This document shows, piece after piece, positions 1 through 21,019 of a stretch of 64,000 bases of DNA; within the stretch, counting starts at the first letter, position 1, and the number at the start of each line of letters is the position of its first letter. Both the position numbers and the translations under genes were made by a program. Source of the stretch: Amoebidium appalachense. Its lineage: Eukaryota; Protista; Ichthyosporea. The DNA is taken from contig CAVNZM010000017.1 of assembly GCA_963693365.1 (NCBI GenBank), positions 2,161,527 to 2,225,526 on the forward strand. Direction: 5' to 3'. The notes beneath the pieces are model-generated. The model searched no databases. It was not told where the DNA came from and was given only the letters and a program-made list of their open reading frames with translations.

Positions 1-804
1 GACGGAACCCGCTCGCCTTACTCGCAAGATGAGCTCGAATCCATGAGCAAACTATCCCTCGCTAGCTCACCCTCTTTCGAAGCATCAAACAGTGATACGG
101 GTCTTCCAAAAACCCCATCCACAGACAGCCTCCTAGGAACAAGCATGGCCACACCGGATGAGGTGTGTGGTTTGGAGGGGATGCCGTTAAAGGCGACACA
201 CAACTGCTACGCCGGATATCTCACTTCTGGGTGTGCCTTTGGGCACACACTTGAGCAATCGATACGGTTGATCTTTAAAGACGACACGGAAAGCAAGAGT
301 GGATGGTTTTCCGGGCCGAACGAAACCACACAGGAGCCTCGCAAGACCGTGCAAGCGTTTGTTCTCACAACGAAAGGATACAGTTCTCTCATTGGGCGGA
401 TGGGGCAAAAAGCGATTGTATTCGACAGCCACAAACGCTCACACACAGACGGTCTCGCCTATGTAAACAAAGGGTTCGGGCAGGCGATATTGGTGATGTG
501 CAACGACGCAGACACGCTTATCCGATATTTGAAGGCACTATACGCAGTTACAGGTGGTGGTTCCATGTACACATTGCAAGAAGTGGGATTGAAAGACGAG
601 CAAGTTTGTACCGAACCTACCGAAGGGGAGGTTGAGGTGGGATGGAAATTGGGAAGTGCCGTTTCTGCGAAGATAAAACGCGCCTTCAGCCCGTCGTTGT
701 GGGCGGCTGCCGTATCGGGGTCAGCATCTTCGGCCACCGGGTTACCTCAGGCTGTGAGCGCTGGCACAGGTTCACAAAGAGGAACACGCGGTGTTTTGGC
801 TTGA
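1..804 (+). CDS. 5'-open intronless ORF with the C-terminal half of a herpesvirus large-tegument deubiquitinase-like (peptidase C76 / Herpes_teg_N-like) domain; probably TE- or virus-derived
   Basis: Frame 1 is open from base 1 (DGTRSPYSQDELESMSKL...) to TGA at 802-804. It contains AFVLTTKGYSSLI...IVFDSHKR...G..G.AILVM..DADTLIRYLKALY, resembling the F-D-x-H catalytic Asp/His segment of UL36/BPLF1-type cysteine proteases. The catalytic Cys would lie upstream of the window. There are no introns or microsatellites. Confidence 0.6.
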   Translation, partial: DGTRSPYSQDELESMSKLSLASSPSFEASNSDTGLPKTPSTDSLLGTSMATPDEVCGLEGMPLKATHNCYAGYLTSGCAFGHTLEQSIRLIFKDDTESKSGWFSGPNETTQEPRKTVQAFVLTTKGYSSLIGRMGQKAIVFDSHKRSHTDGLAYVNKGFGQAILVMCNDADTLIRYLKALYAVTGGGSMYTLQEVGLKDEQVCTEPTEGEVEVGWKLGSAVSAKIKRAFSPSLWAAAVSGSASSATGLPQAVSAGTGSQRGTRGVLA

Positions 805-1767
805 AATCTACCGGAATTTCAACGGGGTTATCGATTTGTACGCACACAAATTCTATTAGTGTTTGAAGCCGGGGTGTTAATTTGTATATGGGCCCCTGCC
901 CGACCGAAAGAAAGAGAGTGTGTGTATGAACGAACTCCAGGTGAGAGTTGGCAGTTGTTCCCGCAAAGAGTATTTAAAATTCGTCGAAGTGTGGTTTCGA
1001 AGAGCATGACGTGCATGCATTGTTGTAAAATGGGAAATACGAACGCTGTTTTGTTGATTCTGGGTGGGTGGGTGTATGAGGGTAATAACGAGATTCGAGT
1101 TACGATTTTCTTGTTCGAAAGAATACGTAGGAATACGCCGCGGTGACTGAATACATAGATAACAATGTAAAATCATGCTGTTTTGCCTGTTTTACCTGTT
1201 TTACCTTTAACAGTTTGAACTGGTTTCCGGAACACGCCTAGCCCTGACCTGGCCACATATATCAGAAAGGAGTTTTAAACAGCACAACAGTTGTTTTTGG
1301 AAACTTAACATTACATTGAATACTTATTCCGTCGTTAAAACATCGTCACCCCAATAATCCCCCTTTCGTATAACTTTGAAGTCAGAAGTTTCGACATGCT
1401 TGTCTCCCTATAATATGCTGGTCTCACTTAGGTTTAGGTGGGGGGGGACTCTGCACGATTTTTCTGGATGTAAGAGAGGGTTTTGGAATGGATGCCATCT
1501 GAAGACGAAATAAAAGAAATAAAGGTGTCGTTGGTTTAGCACGTCGCATCATCCTCTACGGGCCTAGTCTATATTAAATTAGAAAGTCAAAAACCTGCAC
1601 ACACGCACACGACTATAGGCATGCACACACAAATACTGTGTGCACATGTACATGCACTAACATGCCATGCGTATGCTTAACCCCACTAGTGCTACCAGTG
1701 GATACAATCGCGCACCATGACACATGCACACACACACGCACACGCACAAGCACACGCACGCACGCAT

Positions 1768-1821
<54 letters not shown>

Positions 1822-2309
1822 GCACACACGCAGACACACGTGTATGCATGCACACGCTAGCACACACGCGCCCAAATGCAGACACACAAAGGTACTCGTG
1901 GACCACTGCTTCCATTCCGGCATGCACTACAGTGAGACGATGAAAAGCCTTGGCCATGCAAACCACAGGTGCATGCACCCATAGTGTGCCTAACACCTTT
2001 GAATGCAAGAATAGATCAGTCTATATTTATTTTGAATATGGGCAATACCTTTCGTCTGCAAATACTTCTCATTTGTACAGTGGAGGAGGTAGTCTGATCT
2101 CCCCCTTCCCCTTCCCCTCCCCCCCCCCCCCCCCCCCCCCCCCACACAAAAAAAAAAAAAAAGGAAAAGACCCTGAGAACGAAAACAGAAGAAAGGATGG
2201 GAAACTCCACGGAGTGTATTCAGTAGAAACCGTACGTTCGAATACGAGGTAAGATCGGGAACATGTGCTAAAAAAGGACATAATATTGACCCCCCCCCCC
2301 CCCCCCCCA

Positions 2310-2349
<40 letters not shown>

Positions 2350-2532
2350 AGGCACGCACACAAGGACGCAGACATGCACACACGCACACACACACAAAAA
2401 CAAACAAAACAACACTACGGTGGGATGCTGAGCGAATTAGAACCAAACAACATATATTGGGAGGACAGGAAACAAAAAAGAGGGAGCAAGGAGCCCGAGT
2501 CTTCAAGGGGCGCGGGGAGGGGGATTGGGGGG

Positions 2533-2678
2533 GTTGAATGCGGAACACAGTACGAAGTACGCATACACGATGAGAAGCATGGTGCAGGACACATGCAAAA
2601 GCAAACATTCAGGTATGCAACATCATCCATGTGCACAGTATGCGTCATAAGCAGAGCCCATCCTCAGGGAGGACCCAT
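2533..2678 (-). repeat. Copy of a dispersed structured repeat family (SINE-like), abutting a G/C tract
   Basis: TTGAATGCGGAACAC.GTACGAAGTACGCATACACG...CACAGTATGCGTCATAAGCAGAGCCCA is nearly identical to 14556-14677 and to the reverse complement of 59636-59766. Confidence 0.9.
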
Positions 2679-2933
2679 GGGGGTTTTGGGGGGGGGGGGG
2701 GGGGGGGGGGGGAGGGGGGGGGGGAGAGATAGAGAGAGGGAGACAGGGGGAAGGGAGAGAAGGGGGGGGGGGGGGGGGAGGGAGAGAGAGAGGGAGAGGG
2801 GGGGAGGGGGGGGGGGGGGGGGAGTTTGAAAAGATGGTGTGGGCAATAAAGGAACACACGGAGAGAAAGAACAAAGAAGCGGGCAGTTTATAGACGTGGC
2901 TGAATCTAAAAACCTATACTACCCCCCCCCCCC

Positions 2934-2974
<41 letters not shown>

Positions 2975-3167
2975 GAATAAACCAAAATGGAAATTAAAAA
3001 AAACAGATAAATCAAAATAAAAACGGGTGCTAGTCATACTTATGTACCCACGAACCTCTCTTCATGTTCACCCTCTGAGCATTTGAAGGTTGCTTTCTGG
3101 CCATATAAAACAGCGCCGTTTTGTAAAGGCCAACACATGATGATGTTATAATGACGCCATGATGAGG

Positions 3168-12366
<9,199 letters not shown>

Positions 12367-12961
12367 CTTCTTTCTCTTCTTCTGTGAGGGTTTTGGCTGA
12401 GATCAATTTGATGTGCGGCAAGCTATGCTAATTTGGTAGCAAGCCACATTGATTGCAAGGGTAGTGCATAGAGCTAGAGCATTCAAAGTATATTAATTTT
12501 TCCTCCACGTTCTTTGCGTTTTTGCTTGAAGAGGCTACGTTTCCGGGGAAATCACACCTTCGAATATAATTCGTGGGGCTTTATCTAATATTAGCCAAAC
12601 CACCAGTGTATTAACCCTTACCAAGGTGCAAAATAGCACACCTTTCCTAGAGTCTGTTAAAATATGCTGCTAGACATATACCTTTTCCCATAGAAATGCC
12701 TACGTCAGTAAAAAAAAGAGGGACGGATGTTTACTACAACGGGAAAACCCAAACTCTGAGGAAATTCTTCAGGCTGGTGTTGGGTGCACGTGAACTGGCT
12801 GAACACAAGACTCCCACCAGATGAGTCATCAATGCATTTTTGGCGCCCGAACACAGTCTAAGCCAATCAAACAATGCTTACTATATATGGGTTATTAAAG
12901 TTCCATCCTATTGGTGAAGCGCATTTTACATTGACAGATCTACAATCCTTGCATGCCGACT

Positions 12962-12991
12962 CCACGGCCCTCTGTGTTCAGAGGGCCGTGG
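12962..12991. repeat. Perfect 13-bp inverted repeat (hairpin), possibly a small palindromic element
   Basis: CCACGGCCCTCTG-tgtt-CAGAGGGCCGTGG. The arm TTCAGAGGGCCGTG recurs at 23425-23438. Confidence 0.7.
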
Positions 12992-13622
12992 GTGTGACGC
13001 CGACTCGGTCACAAAATATAAGAAGTGGGAAATATAAATGTGCTGTTTATTATCGACATGCAGTGGAGCTGCTAGCTGTGATGAGTTGTCGGCACCAAGG
13101 CCAACAGTACATCCGCCCAACAATAATATACATGTAAAAATCGACGGTATACACTTACAATTCATTGAATCATGTTGTCGGATATAACGTACAATATATT
13201 CATTACAGTACATAGCCACTTTTGTCGATAGCCCCTACGGTTGTCGTGAAAGTAAAAAGTAACATGGCGTGCGAATGAACGCGAAGGACTTTGCTCCAGC
13301 CCAAAAGCACGCCGGCGAGAACTGCGCTCAGGAGACATGCAGCAGGCATTTTACATTGGCACACGTAACCCGTTCATTCAGATTGGCCAACGAAACAGCC
13401 AGGCACAACCCTTTCGGGTAACATACCTTCAATTTGTCAGTGTAACTATGGCATCACCTACTATTGAAGCAATAAAAGAGACCGAAACTGAGACACTGAG
13501 TTAACCAATATTAGTGGAAACTCCCTGAATTCATTCATTTCAACACCATGGGCCAGCAAGGCCTCTTGCCGGACCAAGACACCAAGGCACAAGGCAGACC
13601 GTAGCACACACCGCCCAGGGCA

Positions 13623-15133
13623 TCACGTGGAACTCCACAGTGACGCTGCAGCATCCTTCATTTGTGTCTCCGTGACACCAAGATGAGCAGCCAGGGCGAC
13701 GCGCCGATGGCGTTCCGACTGCGTGAGAGTCCCGTCCTCTGTTTCTAAACCGGATGAGCATGCAGTCTCGTCTTAGTCTGGATCGTACTTTTATAGCAGA
13801 TTCAAGGACATCTTGTTCCATAGGGCAGTGGTTTTGCCTGAGTCAAAGTAAGAGTGGTGTGAGACTTAATCCAGCACCGTCAGATGCAGCCCAAATTGCT
13901 CATGCTGCCGCTTCAAAAAAAAATCTTGCTTGTGAATATCGATATGCAAGTGAGTGTGATGCAACACTGGCAGCCGGCAGGGCAGACAGGGCCTATAGCA
14001 AAGCAGAAATGGCCTCTAACCAACAAGGACACCTACGCCCACACAGACAAAGGAGAGAGAGAAATCAACCGTGTTATTTAGAGGTGCCAACCAAACACAC
14101 GCCGGTGCCTTGACAATAGAACAACGGCATAAGTCGTTTAGGTGGACCCAAAAAAATAGAGCGGCATACATAGAGAAAGCACTGGTAATATTCTTTGTGT
14201 GCAAAAGGCTGAGAATGAGACACTATTGTTAGACAAACGAAAAGTGTGCACGTGACTGTGTGAGTGCTTATGTTCGCAAATGCTCCTCCATAGAAACACC
14301 ATGGCTCTGAGCGAAGAACATTAACATGCGTGTGGTGTGAGTGTGCTTGCGTACGGGGGGGAAGTGAGACATGCAACATTGCATACTGTATGTAACTGAG
14401 AGGGGACGTGAACCAAGAGTCTCGCCATTAAGCCTACCCAAGGGATGCCTGGCCCTATGCCAAACGGAGCTAAACCATCGTCACGGGATCGACAGCGGCT
14501 CGGACCTGTAAGCGAGAAAGAGAGAAGGGGGGGGGGGGGGGGGGGGGAGGGGGGGTTTGAATGCGGAACACGGTACGAAGTACGCATACACGACGAGAAG
14601 CATGGTGCAGGACACATGCAAAGGCAAACATTCAAGTATGCAAGCGTGTGCACAGTATGCGTCATAAGCAGAGCCCAGAGAGAGAGGGGGGGGAGGGGGG
14701 GGGGGAGGGAGATGGGGGGGGCAGCAAAAGGCAAGGGTGGATGGGGGAAAAGCTATGAAAAAGAGGTACTATTGGCCACTAACCTCCAGGCAGTCGTTCA
14801 TTTCCGGCAACAACCATTTGACCGATGGTCTTCGGATATTCGTCCTCGTCAGGACGAGTCCCAACCCGAAAAGGCACCTGCTGGAGTTTGTCGTCCCTGC
14901 GGGCCAACGAATTGTGTTGCCGGGCAGTCAGCCTAACAACGTCGCTTCTAATTCCAGTAGCTCGCCTGTGACCTTCTCTCCCTGCGCCTTCACCTCATCT
15001 TTCAGCTCATTCACCATCTTTACCAGTTTATCGAGCCTATTCGTGACCCCATCAGCAGCATCAGGTCTTTCGGCGGAAGCAGTCCCACTGTGAAAAGTTC
15101 CACGATAGTCAGTTTATTAGACACCTACGTCAT
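13623..15133 (-). pseudogene. Pseudogene of a coiled-coil protein with a Mug135-C-like C-terminal domain; 3 exons
   Basis: ATG at 15133, a 41-nt GT-AG intron (15128-15088), exon 15087-14784 (RLDKLVKMVNELKDEVKAQ, frameshift, VRLTARQHNSLARRDDKLQQVPFRVGTRPDEDEYPKTIGQMVVAGNERLPG), then exon 13837-13623 (WNKMSLNLL*KYDPD*...ERHRRVALAAHLGVTETQM). It has one frameshift and two in-frame TAA stops (13791-13793, 13773-13775). The family label is recalled motif similarity only. Confidence 0.65.
14556..14677 (-). repeat. Copy of the dispersed structured repeat family, inside intron 2 of the pseudogene
   Basis: Near-identical to 2533-2678 and immediately preceded by a poly(G) tract. Confidence 0.9.
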
Positions 15134-15928
15134 CCCTCTAGTGCGAAATCAGCAAAGGCACCGGTAGGCACAGCTTGGTTTGGATACGTAAGCTCAAGAA
15201 ACAGCCCAAGTCCTCCTACCAACCATCCCTTCGTTGCGTTAATCAAACGTGATCAAAAGTTGAGTGCGAGTCTTAACACTCAAAAGTTGAATGTGATTCT
15301 CAACGCGACATCTTCTAGTAGACAACTTCGGCCATACCTTGCATCCGCCATAGTCGCAGATTTTCAGTCCCTGAAACTCCGAGTCGAATGGCCTGAACGA
15401 TTCTGGAAAGTCATGACAGGAGTGTTATTTATAGGAAGGAGGCCTTGTGAAAAGTGCTTTTGGTGCGTTTGCCTTCTGAGACCCGCAAAGGCCGGGTCGG
15501 GCTGACTCGAGGGTCAAAAATGGGGAATGACGAGAAAGGCCAACACGATGAGTCTACGATGTCCAGCACGGCCTAATGTGTACACCCTAGTCCACGGCCT
15601 AATATAGCACGGCATACCTACAAGGTTAGGGTTATAGTACCAATTTCGCCCCTTTTGACCCGCAAGTCTTTCGGGTTAGACACTACAATATACATGGTTG
15701 ACCAGAATATGAGGCTACTTGCGGATGCTTCCAACCCGACTATCACCTGAACCGACCCGAAAACGTAACAAAAAAAGAAAGGCACAACCGGTTTCCGGCC
15801 CGGAGGTTTCAAGGATCCGGACTGAGTGATTCACACATATTTGGGCATGTTTCCTCTCGGTCATAAACATCAGATTGCAAGAACATTACGAATTCTACAG
15901 CAAGAACATTACGAATTCTACAGATACC

Positions 15929-16410
15929 ATGCAGCCCACTTCCACGCCCACAAAGTTTACAGACCAGTTATGGTCAGAGATCGCACCACTTTACAAGTCG
16001 ATTCTAGACCACCCGTTTAACACGGAGCTGGCACAGGGCACGCTTTCGCCCGAAAGGTTCAAGCACTACATCATCCAAGACGCCTTGTATCTGGAAGATT
16101 TTGGAAGGGCACTGGCCCTTGCGGGCGTAAGATCTACGAGGTGGGTGGGCATTTTCGGGCTTGGGCTTTCTTTTGGCCAACGCATGCTTGAAAGGGGGAG
16201 TGAACGAGGGGGAGGGGGGAGGGGTGGGGGGGAGGGGAGGGGGAGGGAGGGGCAGGGGGGAGGGGAAGGGGTGGAAGGATGTGGGGAGGGTGGGGAGGGG
16301 GGGGGGGGGTGGGGGGGCTCTGTGCACATTGATGTCGTGTGTGTTTTTGTTTCTGCTCCTTCCTCCCTCCCCTTTTTCCCGTACTCGCGTTCAACACACA
16401 TACACGCGCA

Positions 16411-16481
<71 letters not shown>

Positions 16482-16657
16482 CACGTGCACACACGCGCGC
16501 ACGCGCATGCCCGCGCACACACGCACGTGCACGCTCGCACACACACACAAGTACACGCGCATGCACATGCACACACATACACACGCACAAACATGCACGC
16601 GTGCATACACACACACAGACATGCACACACACACACACACACACACACACAACACAA

Positions 16658-16691
<34 letters not shown>

Positions 16692-17552
16692 CTTGAACCA
16701 GATCTGGCTTCACCTCTCACATCCTCCTTTTTCTCACCTTTCATTATAACACTCCCCAATTCCTCATGCCTCCTCTCCTACGTTAACCCTGTATTCACAC
16801 TGAACCTGCATCCACAGCCCAGACCGCTTTCTTCAGTTTCTCAAGTTTGCTCAAGACTGCGTGGTTGTGGAGAGGGCACTTCACGTGGAGTACTTTCGTT
16901 CCTTCGACCTAGACCCTACAGACGCTAAGGTAAACAATCTCCCTTCCCCCTCCTTTTTTCTAGGATGGGCACGTTTCAAGTGTTCTGCCTGCACTTCTCG
17001 TTTTCGTTTTCTTTTTCTCTTTTTCTTTTCTTTTTTTTTTTTCTTTCTCTTTTTTTTATTTTATTTTATTTTATTTTATTTTATTTTTTTTGGGGGGGGG
17101 GGGGGAAGGGGAGGGGAAGGGGGGGTTATCTGGTTTTTGTATGTTTCTTCTATCCTCTAACACATACCCTCCTCCCCCCACTCCCCCCACCCCCCCACCC
17201 CCCACCCCCCCCCCCAAAAAAAGAAAGAAGAAGAAGAAGAAGAAGAAGAAGAAGAAGAAGAAGAAGAAGAAGAAGAAGAAGAAGAAGAAAAAGAAAAAGA
17301 AAAAGAGAAAAGTCCCTTTCCGTCCTTTTTTTCTTTTTTTTTATCATGGGCACTTTTCAAATGTTGTGCCTGCATTTTTTTTTTTTTTTGTCTTTTTCCT
17401 TTTCTTTTCCTTTTTTTTTTTTTTTTTTCTCTTTTTTCTTTTCTTTCTTTTTTTTTGGGGGGGGGAAAGGTGGGGGGGGGGGGGGGGGGGGGAGGGGGGG
17501 GGGGGGGTTGGTGCTTGCATGTTTCTTCTATCGTCTAATACATACCCCCCCT

Positions 17553-17583
<31 letters not shown>

Positions 17584-17835
17584 CCCAGCTTCCACCCCCC
17601 ATTGTTCCATGTTAGCCACTCTACATTTCTTTTACTGTGTGAAGCTCAACTGGTTGTGTTTATAATTTTTCTACTGTTGCACCTTGAGATGCAAAGCAGT
17701 TGATTTTCTTTATTGGTGTTGCACACGGTTTAATAGTTCCCGGCCCCTCCCTCTCCCCCGTCCCTTATGGGGTTCCTGTCCCAAAGTCTCCCTTGCCCTT
17801 CTCAGCTTCATGCCATGTCACACACGTGCACACGC

Positions 17836-17892
<57 letters not shown>

Positions 17893-18429
17893 GCACGCAC
17901 GCACGCACGCACGCATGCACACACACACATGCATGCACGCACGCACGCACGCACACGCACACACATGCACACACATGCACACACATGCACACACACAAAC
18001 AATTGTTCATGTCATTGGTTACTCATATCATCTCTCGATTTTTTTTTGCAGGTGGCCCGTGCCCCGTCCTGTTCGCACTACACCAACTATCTCCTGGCAA
18101 CCGCATCGCTTCGGTCATACGAAGAAACCATCGCATCCCTCCTCCCATGTTTCTGGATCTACAGGGAGGTTGGTTCTTTTATTTTCAACAATTTCTCGAA
18201 CCACGAGACACGCGAAACACACCCATACGGCGCGTGGATCAACACCTATTCGAGCGAAGAGTTCAGCGCATCTGTGGAAAAAGCGATTGAGATCACAAAC
18301 GCCGTAGCTGAGAGCACTACGAACGAGAAGAGGGATTTGATGAGAAAGGCGTTTTTGACAAGTTCCCGTTTGGAATGGATGTTTTGGAACGGGGCTTACA
18401 TGCTGGAGAAATGGCCTGGGGACATGTGA
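15929..18429 (+). CDS. tenA: Thiaminase II / aminopyrimidine aminohydrolase (TENA/THI-4 family, Cys-containing TenA_C type); 3 exons
   Basis: Exons 15929-16140, 16818-16929 and 18052-18429 join in frame with GT-AG introns. Motifs: [52 protein letters not shown] (catalytic Cys), [20 protein letters not shown]. Confidence 0.92.
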
Positions 18430-19247
18430 GAGCGTGCGAAACTGCAGATGTTGTAAATTGCGAAAATTCATGTAGGTGTGTGGGGGGGGGAGCCGGGAGG
18501 GGCCGTGTGTACTGATATGTTTGCAGCTATTTCTTTTCTTTCTTCCTTTCTTCCTTCCTTCTCTGCTTTCTTTCTTTCTTCCTTGCATTTTTTTTTTTCC
18601 CCCGGTCTCCGGGCGGGGGGGTGGGGGGGGGGTTTAAGTGTATGATAGACGGTGAAGGGTGTGAGCGGGTGGGGTCCACCTGAGTGTCGGAGTGATGGTT
18701 TTTTTGGGGAGGGGGGGGGGGGGGGGGGGGGGGGATGCCTAAAGACTCTGAACCTGCAGGATTATTTTTTGATTGGACCAGATCATTTAGAGCATATTTT
18801 GACATGTGAAATGAATCAAGTACACTGTGCAGACATACTGTGTGCATCTTTATTTACTTTCTTCTCTATATTAGTTTAACTTTTGGTTTTTGTGCCCACA
18901 TGCCATATAGTGAACATGCCGAAAAGAGTGCTGGACACCTCGGCTCAACTTGAACAGACCTGTGTACCATGATACCTACGTTTTCAGGTTGATGGACACT
19001 GTCATGGCACGAGTTGCAGACAAAAATGGCTTTCGTCACTGCACTATACTCCTGTCGCTTAGTTCTGTTCATTTTTTTGAACGGTAAACAGCTTCCTGAG
19101 GCAGAATTGAATATCTCCCTTGCAGGCAACGTAGATTGTCGTTTTTTTTCTTCTTCTGTTTCACTTCTTCTTTTTCCCCTTCTTTTTCTTTCCCCCCCCC
19201 TCCCCCCCCCCCCCCCTTCTTTTTTTTTTTTTCTTTTTGTTTTTTTT

Positions 19248-19333
<86 letters not shown>

Positions 19334-19386
19334 GGGAGGGTGGGAGGGAGGGTGGGGGAGAGAGAGAGAGTGAGAGAGAGAGAGAG

Positions 19387-19435
<49 letters not shown>

Positions 19436-19474
19436 GGATGGAGGGAGGGTTAAGGGGGGGGGGGGGGGGGGGAG

Positions 19475-19701
19475 GCTTTTCAGAGCAGTTTTAACGTTGT
19501 TCCGTCCCAGGTGTGTAAGACGGGAGGGAGGGAGGGGCAGACATTTTTTTGTGAACTACCCCCGGCAGGCGTCGTATTTTTTATTTTTTTTGGTTCACTA
19601 CTTCTTTTTTTCTCTTCTTTTTTCTTCCCCGCCCACTTCTTTTTTCTCCTTTTTTCTTTCCCCCCCCCCCCCCCCCCCCCCCCCCCTTTTTTTTTTTGCA
19701 G

Positions 19702-19743
<42 letters not shown>

Positions 19744-19802
19744 ATAGAGAGAGTGTGTGTGTGTGTGTGAGTTTGTGTGTGAGTTTGTGTGAGTGAGTGA
19801 GT

Positions 19803-19863
<61 letters not shown>

Positions 19864-19986
19864 AGGGAGGGAGGGAGGGAGGGAGGGGTATAGGGGGAGG
19901 GGGAGAGAGAGAGGGAGGAGAATGAGAGAGAGTGAGAGAGAGAGAGTGGGGAAAAGAGATTGGGGGAGAGAGAGAGAGAGATAGCG

Positions 19987-20022
<36 letters not shown>

Positions 20023-20033
20023 GGAGGGAGGGA

Positions 20034-20109
<76 letters not shown>

Positions 20110-20613
20110 TGGAAAGGGGGGGGGGGGGCTTTTCAGAGCTAAATAAACTAATGGATTATCTTTTATATTTATGAATGGATTAATTAATACTCTTGCATAG
20201 CTAGTTATAGCTGCCGCAATGTGAGGAGTTGCGTTATTGTATGGTTGTAACTCATATGCATTCAATTGTTGATTGAAAATGTAACCACGTATTGATTTTT
20301 TCAATGTAGGTTTCACTCCTTTTTTTAATTAATGCTGTTAATGATGGTGTTACAGGTCCATCTATGCATATATCATGATGTATAATTCTCTGATAATGGT
20401 ACTTCTTGTTTTAATTTAAAATATTTATATATTGATTCCAAATGCTCATTGTGTATTACTTCATACGGTACGTTCTGTTATAGCTCTCATTCCCATTCTA
20501 CCATATAAAGAATTAAGCATTAATTTTGCTAATTCTCTGTGTACTGCCGATAATGGGTTACGCTTGATCGCATAAAAGTGGTTTACATAGGACTGGAATA
20601 ATGGGGTTGGAGA

Positions 20614-20653
<40 letters not shown>

Positions 20654-20728
20654 CTTTTCAGAGCAGTTTTAACGTTGCTCCGTCCCAGGTGTGTAAGAAG
20701 GGAGGGAGGGAGGGGCAGACATTTTTTT
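19475..20728. repeat. 76-bp direct repeat (19475-19550, 20653-20728) plus a third 12-bp partial copy (20128-20139) bracketing the polB fragment
   Basis: GCTTTTCAGAGCAGTTTTAACGTTG.TCCGTCCCAGGTGTGTAAGA.GGGAGGGAGGGAGGGGCAGACATTTTTTT occurs twice, and GCTTTTCAGAGC occurs at 20128. Each copy is preceded by poly(G). Confidence 0.9.
20140..20606 (-). pseudogene. Fragment of a protein-primed family B DNA polymerase (linear organellar plasmid / polinton-like), frameshifted
   Basis: An AT-rich island translating to FQSYVNHFYAIKRN...RELAKLMLNSLYGRMGM (motif B, KxxxNSxYG) and PHIAAAITSYARVLINPF...DNPLVY. It is cut just before the expected YxDTDS motif C, with two frameshifts in between. Confidence 0.85.
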
Positions 20729-20730
20729 GG

Positions 20731-20765
<35 letters not shown>

Positions 20766-20987
20766 AGGAAGGAGGGGAGGGGGCAAGGGGAGAGGTGGGC
20801 CGGCATGCGTGGCGTGACCATGCATGTTGTGGGGACGCAGTGTTTTGAAAACCTGAAAATGGCTGACGTTTTAAGTACACGTGTGCACATGTGGGGGCAG
20901 TGTACATGTACATGCTATGATGCTACTTAATAAGGCATTTTTAAATGTGAAATTGGGGGGTGGGCAGTAGTAAGTATTGAGGACGTC

Positions 20988-21019
<32 letters not shown>

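Noticed and set aside
13773-13793. TAA stop-codon reassignment suggested by two in-frame TAAs
   Set aside because: The same gene also has a frameshift, and intact genes (ESS2, the 4-TM protein) end in TAA.
15460-15830. TPP riboswitch upstream of (or within) tenA, suggested by GGTGC...CTGAGA
   Set aside because: The required ACCUGAU/GNUAAU/GCGNAGG core was not found upstream, in the introns or in the 3' UTR.
18866-19129. C-terminal exon of the P transposase or a separate gene
   Set aside because: The sequence is complex but has no recognisable motif or supportable splice join.
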